Positions 56,303-64,000 of a DNA stretch of 64,000 nt are shown here, piece after piece (the stretch's first letter is position 1; each line of letters starts with the position of its first letter). This DNA comes from the human T2T-CHM13v2.0 reference genome, Homo sapiens. Location: the NCBI RefSeq assembly GCF_009914755.1, contig NC_060936.1. One strand, 5' to 3'. The notes below the pieces were generated by a model. It made no database searches. It had not been told where the DNA came from and saw nothing but the letters and a program-made list of their open reading frames with translations. The position numbers were made by a program, and so were the translations under genes.

Positions 56303-59300
56303 TAAGTGGGATCATTCATTCAGCACAAGGAAACGGTGGTTGCTATTACTTTGGTGAGGTTACACCCAGTGCTGGGGTACAGAGCTGGAGAAGACAGTGT
56401 GAACTGGCGATGCTGGTGGAGTGGCAGCCCAGGTACGGAGACCTGACCAGCTGGAGGGAGGGAAAGGGGACAGGAAAGGGTCCCACGGGCAAAAGTGGAC
56501 AGTGTTGAAAGGCTGAGTTAGAAAGGATGAGGTGCTTTTGGAGAGTCAAATGTGCAGTGTGGCTGGAGAGAATAGAAAGGATGGGGTCAAGAGGAAGCCG
56601 AGGAGGGTAGTAGGAACTAGAGCAAGACAGCCTTAGAAACCAAGGCTGGGAGCAAGGGCTTCCTGCAAAGCCACCGGAGGGCTGGAAGCTTAGGAGGCAC
56701 CTGGTCAGAGCCATACTTCAGGAAGGTCATCTTGGCTGCAGCATGGAGGGCTGGCTAGAGGCAGGGGTGTTAAAGCAAGCTGTCCTGCACTAGGGTGGGC
56801 CCTGGGAGTCAAAAGATGAGCAAGTCAAGAGATTTTTAAGGAGGCCTCAGAGAATGGTCACATCCCAAGGGGAAAGAAAGGAAGAATTCAGGTGATGCTC
56901 GGGTGTCTGGCTTGGGTACTTGGGGGGTGTTTTCCTGAGGTGGAAGAGCAGGACTGGGACATGGCGGCGAGTTCAGCATCGAGCAGGTAGGATGTGAGAT
57001 GTCTCTGGCTCCTGGAAGCCATTGGAAAGGGGGTCTGGCATTCAGGAGGGAGGAGCTTGTGTGGGGAGAGCACCCAAATCTCCTGACTGCCCCCATGGAC
57101 TGGGTGAGGTAGTCAGGGAATCAGACAGCACCCAAGTCTGCTGACTCCCCCCATAACCTGGGCGAGGTGGTTGGGGAGTCAGACGGAGTGAGAAGTCCAG
57201 GGCACTGAGGCAGAGCCCTGCAGGACCCGTCCCACAGAGGGCCAGCACGAGGAGGGAAGGAGGGAAACCAGGAGAGTGCCACACACCCGGGGGATGAGAG
57301 AGACTTGGGGAGGATTGGGCTGTGGCAGGAGCATCCAGGAAATGAGGGTAGCAAGCATGGCTCACGTCCCTGGTGAGTGGCAGGCACTCTGGAAATGTCC
57401 GATGCTGCGACAACACTCAGCTCCTCTTAGAAGAGTCTTCTAGGAGTCTAGGTTGTGTCCTTTATTTTTCTCCTGTTCTATTTTCTTTTTCTTTTTTTAA
57501 CGAAGTAGACATATTTTTAGAAAAGAGCATAAATCATATTTTTGTAAATTAAATCTCATTTTTCAGAGGTATTTCATCCTCACTGCTGTCTGATACTGTT
57601 CTGTCCTTGACTTTAATACTTATGGTTGCTATTCTTTCCCCCTCAAGCAGTGATGTGCAAACAATGTGGCTGTTTAAATTCTTACTGCACTTGGCAAACT
57701 CTCAGAAGTGAAGGGCCTTACGGCAATTACTTAATCAAATGTGCCTTCCTTGAGGGAGCCCCTGCTATGATGTCCCTGACCTTGCTTCCAATAGAAAATG
57801 CACAGCTTTGCAAAACAGGCTGTTCTGTGGCTTTACTTTTCCAAAAGATAGAACATTCTTCCTCATCATGAACTGTGCTTCTCTGTAACTTCTACCCTTT
57901 GGTCCTTGAACAACCCCTAAAAGTGGCTTCTTTTATCTTCTGTGATCTGTTGGCAGCTCCCGTTTGCATGTGGGGCTTGTGTTTTCCAAGTGTAGTATCC
58001 TTAGCCTCTCCACCTCGTCTTTGTTTGAAATAGGCTCCAGCCTTCATCTCCTGGGCCTCATCTGGTTTGGTGGTGTCTGGTTTAAAATGCAGCCCCTCCT
58101 CCTGGACCCGCGTGTCTGTGAAATCAGCCTCTGACCATTGCATTCCCATAACACATCGTCTAGACCCTCCGCTCTGTTTCTCTGTGGTTCACGTGTGCTG
58201 TGGCCACTGGAGGTGCTGCACAATATTTTAAATTTCTGAGGAGAACACAGTGAGACACCACATGAACTGCTAGTTCAGAGTAGTTCGTGGTTTCAACATG
58301 AGATTGCACTACATTCTTTTTAATGATGTTTGCAAAGCTGGCTTGTAAGAACAAAATAAAAATATTTTATATTTCAAAGTATGTGCATTTGTAAAATACA
58401 GCAACTGAGGTCTTAGGACATAAATATTTGGGACCTAACTACCTAGTAAAAAGGACTGCTAGGGATTTCTTTTGGCCTAGGAGTACCATGAAAAAAGTTA
58501 CTGCAGTGATAGAGGTGCTGTGAATAAGAAAGTCAGGGAACCGCTGAGATAAATTGGAATGACTTTTAAGTCCAGGGTATATAGTAATCCCCACATTTTT
58601 TTTTTCTTTTGGGAATTTTGCTTAAATATGTCATCAAGGTTGTTTGTCCTTAGTTCATAAAATGTCCTCCCTCAGGAAAATGGGGCCCTCGTCATCTCCT
58701 GCCCCTTCCTGCTCCGTGATTGCAGGTCCTGGGGGAGTATCTAAGGCTTGGTGTTTTCAGAGCAGATGGGCTGTCTTGTTGCCCCTCCGCCCATCTCAAG
58801 CTTCAAGCTCCCCTTAGTGGCATGTGTGCTGCCCTCTGCCATTGAAATATTCTTGCTGGAGTACACAGGAGGGTAATAGGCTCTCTCTGCTCTGTTACCA
58901 TTATACCATCTGCCCTAAATGTTGAACCTCTCCCTTGTTCTCGATTTCACTATAATGCCTTTCTTGTTTTCCTTAACATTTGTTAAAGCCTCAGCTCTGC
59001 CTGGCTCACGTGCACAGCACTTCATTTTCTGCACCCTCTTACATCGCTTTTACCTGTTTATGTGTGACTCATCCCCTGGCTGGCCCTTAAGTCCTCTCTG
59101 CCTTTTGTGTTTACCCAGAAGGCCTAAGAGGTGTGGAGTGGGCAGAGGCTTTGTAGTATGGGGGCTGTGTCTGGGCTTTGGATTTCATTCCATCCCCCTG
59201 CCCACCAACTGTGTAGCCTTGGGTGAGTAAGGTCTTCATCTGTAGAATGGGGAGAATGATCCGTACCCAACTGTCCACTGCAGTCGCTGAGGTTGCCCAG

Positions 59301-59525
59301 CCCTTGCAGCCTGGATAAGCTTGCCTCAGACTTTCTTCCATGCCCCATAGAAATCCAGAGCCCTGTCCAGGCTTTCTGTGGTCACTTCTGTCTCTTTAGT
59401 TCTGTTTCTGTGTCTTCTGCTATCTCCACCCCATACTGGATTGACCCAGATGTAACTCGCCTTCCGCCTGTGTATCACCAAACAGCACCCCTTCAGGTGG
59501 TCATGCCAAAGATTTGGGGTCATAG

Positions 59526-60118
<593 letters not shown>

Positions 60119-60261
60119 CATCCCCTTTCTTCTTAAGGGGCTGTTGGTCATTGCTTTTTTTGTTACAATCATATTTGCCTAATAGAGTTAACATAATAAT
60201 TAAATGAAAATATACTAGCACCCACTGGTATATAGTATTTCCTGTTGTTGTTACTATTATT

Positions 60262-60573
<312 letters not shown>

Positions 60574-61041
60574 GTTACTGTTCTTATTTGTATTTAATAA
60601 AGTTCTTGACTTTGGGGGAGATTCCCATTTTTAAAAAAACAGCTGTGGTTAGATTTATGTATTCATTCAGCTGACTTGATTTAAATGGTATTAGGGTGCT
60701 GATTCTTGAGCCCAGGATGGGGCAAAGAGTCATGCTCTTTCTAAATAGGTTTAGCAGAATCTTAAGAATAAGGAGAGAGGGTTCCTTTCAAGCAGTAATT
60801 GAGAAATATTACTGGTGGGACTGTGGTGGGCTTGAAGGCACAGAGGAGGCAGGTTGAAAGGTCAGGGAGCTTTATACTGTAGGGTCATTTTTAAATTTTC
60901 TGACAGTAGGAAAAGTTATCTTTGAATTATTTTTGTTCTTAGGATTCATAATATTGATTTCCCTTAAAGCAGGCACAGCTAGATAAAGAAGGCTCTGTAA
61001 CTTGTTCTGCCACCAAGTTTTTATAGTGGATTATTGACTGA

Positions 61042-61381
<340 letters not shown>

Positions 61382-61669
61382 TTGAGGAGGATTTTCTCGT
61401 GGGCCATTCCTAGCTGGACCCTAGCTGCAGCCAGACCACTCTTTCCGGAACGTTTTTTGCTTGTGTATTCAACAGTATTTCTAATTCCCACAAGTGTTCC
61501 AGGGAATGCTTCTGTTCTCACAGGACACTTCTAACTGGTAGCACATGTTAAGGCATCCCATTCTGCTTGCATCTCATCTAACTTCAGTTTCAGTCATTTT
61601 TGCAGAGTGTTTTTATGGAATCGTCAGTTTGCTGACCCTGTTTTCTGATCCCGCCTTTGTTCATTTTAG

Positions 61670-61942
<273 letters not shown>

Positions 61943-62821
61943 TGACTGCTCTGAACAGCTGCTTGGTTAAACATGTTCTCATTGCTGGAGACCCAGCAGT
62001 GTCTTCCTTTACCCCATGAGAGCTAGAGTATCCTGGGCTAGAGCATCCACCTCTTCATGTCCCTTTGAAATGAGGACAGGAGCTGCCAGTCACAGCGGCT
62101 GCACTAACACTCTCAGGTCTGTGCAAACTCCATTTGTCCCAGCAGGCACTTTGCTGAGACTCTCAACTGTGATTGTAGTATATAAGTGGAGTGGAGGTGT
62201 TACATTTACTGAGTTATGTAGAGAAATACTTTTATCACAGAGCCAGAAGTTCTTTGTAGACAGAAACTTACAAGATACCACTGAAGTGACCCACCTGAGC
62301 TAAATCCGTTGTCTGGAACTACCACTATACGGTGACTCCATGTAAATTAGAGATAGGTACCCAGTCCTCATATGTCAGAAAATTGTCACAATACATTGGT
62401 TTTGTTGGTACAAGACCGTGCCTCCAATCTGCTGGAACATGGTTGTCATAAACTTAACTACCTACGATGTCTGTGTTATCCATGCCACAGCCTCCCCTGG
62501 GCTTGTATAGTGCACAGCCTACCCATACATGCTCATCCTGCCAGCGATAGAATTGGTGACTGAGCCACAGTCCCCATTCCCTGGAGAGGCTTGGCTTCAT
62601 TTATTTGCCATGTTTGCACTTCAGACCTTTTTATCACACTCCAGCTGCAGTTCCCCATGAGCCTGTCCTGTAGTGTAGGACAGTCACGGGATCCCCTGAA
62701 GTATGTGGCCAGATAGCCACCCCCACCAGCAGATGGCTTCTGGCAGCAGCTGTTCCTCCTCACGTGTCTTCATTTTCTCCCTCGGTGCATCGTACCTTGT
62801 TTGTGTCCCTCCTTACTGGAG

Positions 62822-62918
62822 AGCTTGTTTGAGTGCCCCTGGCCACTGGTGATCAATGCCGAGAGCTGCTAGGAAGGCAGTGTGTGCTGAACAGTGGATG
62901 TTTCTGACATTCTTCAAG
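62822..62918 (+). other. UBE3B: UBE3B 97-nt alternative poison exon (SLFECPWPLVINAESC*, stop at 62870-62872)
   Basis: Long pyrimidine tract, GAG acceptor, AAG|gtaggc donor; 692+16=708 aa; matches a 97-nt stop-containing UBE3B exon I recall from the literature. Confidence 0.8.
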
Positions 62919-64000
62919 GTAGGCATAAGGAATTGAAGGGCCCACTGGGCCCTGCAGGCCATGTGAAGGAGTAAAGCTGGCTGAGTGGGTCTCATTACAG
63001 GAGCATTCTGTTTGCGTGCTAGACATATAGAAATAATCTCCACTTCTGCGCCCTCCTGTTCTTGAAACAGCCCTCTTGGTCTGTGTAGCTCTACTTGAGA
63101 AAAATAGCCCCCACGAGTGAGTTGATAAATGGCAACTGACACCCAGCCTCAGTGTTGGGGAGCAGTTGGAAGCACGTGCCTCCCCAGAAGAGGCCACCGC
63201 CACTCAGCTCCTCCAGACCTGCCATGTGACGAGGTGGGCTCCATAACGCTCTTGAGTTTTTAAGAGAAGGCCAAAATTCAGATCTTCCATGTTGTGAACT
63301 AATTGAACTCTGTAAAGTGCCTAGAAAGTCAGATAACACCTGTCTTTCCACCAAATTCAACCTGTGGGCCACCCATTTGCAACCTCTGCTTTTGATTCAG
63401 AAAAAGCCCAATTGTGTGGTAGGGACTCCCTTTCTAGCACTTCCCTCTGCAGACCCAGATGCATCTCCCTTGTCTCTAGAAATCCTCAGCCCCACTACCC
63501 ATCACGCCTACCCAGACGTGGCCAGCACCCACCCATGGGAAGAGTCTGGGGTGGTATAGATTGCAGTATCTCCTGAGAGTGGCAGAATCCGACTCCCTTC
63601 ACAAATATCATTGCTTATTGGAAATTCACTTGACATCCCAGTTACTCTGGCCCTACTTTTTAAAGCATATCCCTCAGGGATGGCAAAAGAGATGTCTGTC
63701 TTAGGCTTTAGGCAAAGTCCCTTTTCCTCTTTACTTTCCACTGGAGAAGGGGAGAGGGTTGTTCATTGTTATCCCAGTTGTCGTAATCTGGTGGCTTGGT
63801 TATTAGAATATGAGAGCCCAGGGGCCTTTGCTGGATTTGGACACAAGGGGGCGTCAGTAAGCTGATCTCAGACTCATGCTCTCCTGGGCATTGTTTCCTT
63901 TTTTATGGTTAGTATTGAGGGCTATGCTTCTCTATTAGGCTTCCAGATATTAAAGTCCTGTAGGAAGGCTCTTCTTCCCAGAGGGTGAGTTTGGGCTGGA

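Overview
Human (primate, Alu-rich) genomic DNA containing the head-to-head gene pair KCTD10 (minus strand) and UBE3B (plus strand), which share a CpG-island bidirectional promoter at about 22.0-22.9 kb. From memory this is the chr12q24 locus. KCTD10 encodes a BTB/POZ CUL3 substrate adaptor; exons 1-6 are present and the last exon lies left of the window. UBE3B encodes an IQ-motif HECT E3 ligase (Kaufman oculocerebrofacial syndrome gene); 5'UTR exons 1-2 and coding exons 3-19 (codons 1-692) are present and the HECT exons lie right of the window. Exons were placed by hand from GT/AG boundaries, and their cumulative lengths keep frame. The rest is intronic: Alu, MIR, L1, L2, hAT/Tigger/MADE1 DNA elements and two solo LTRs; repeat subfamily names and boundaries are by eye. 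I see no new gene or wholly novel system. The most interesting signal is a set of features that could limit full-length UBE3B: spliced uORFs (one overlapping the start codon), promoter-proximal AATAAA sites, an alternative last exon giving a 244-aa HECT-less protein, and a 97-nt poison exon just before the HECT domain. The two truncating exons match isoforms I recall as already described. The window also carries the UBE3B Gln346 allele and several clear nested-transposon records.
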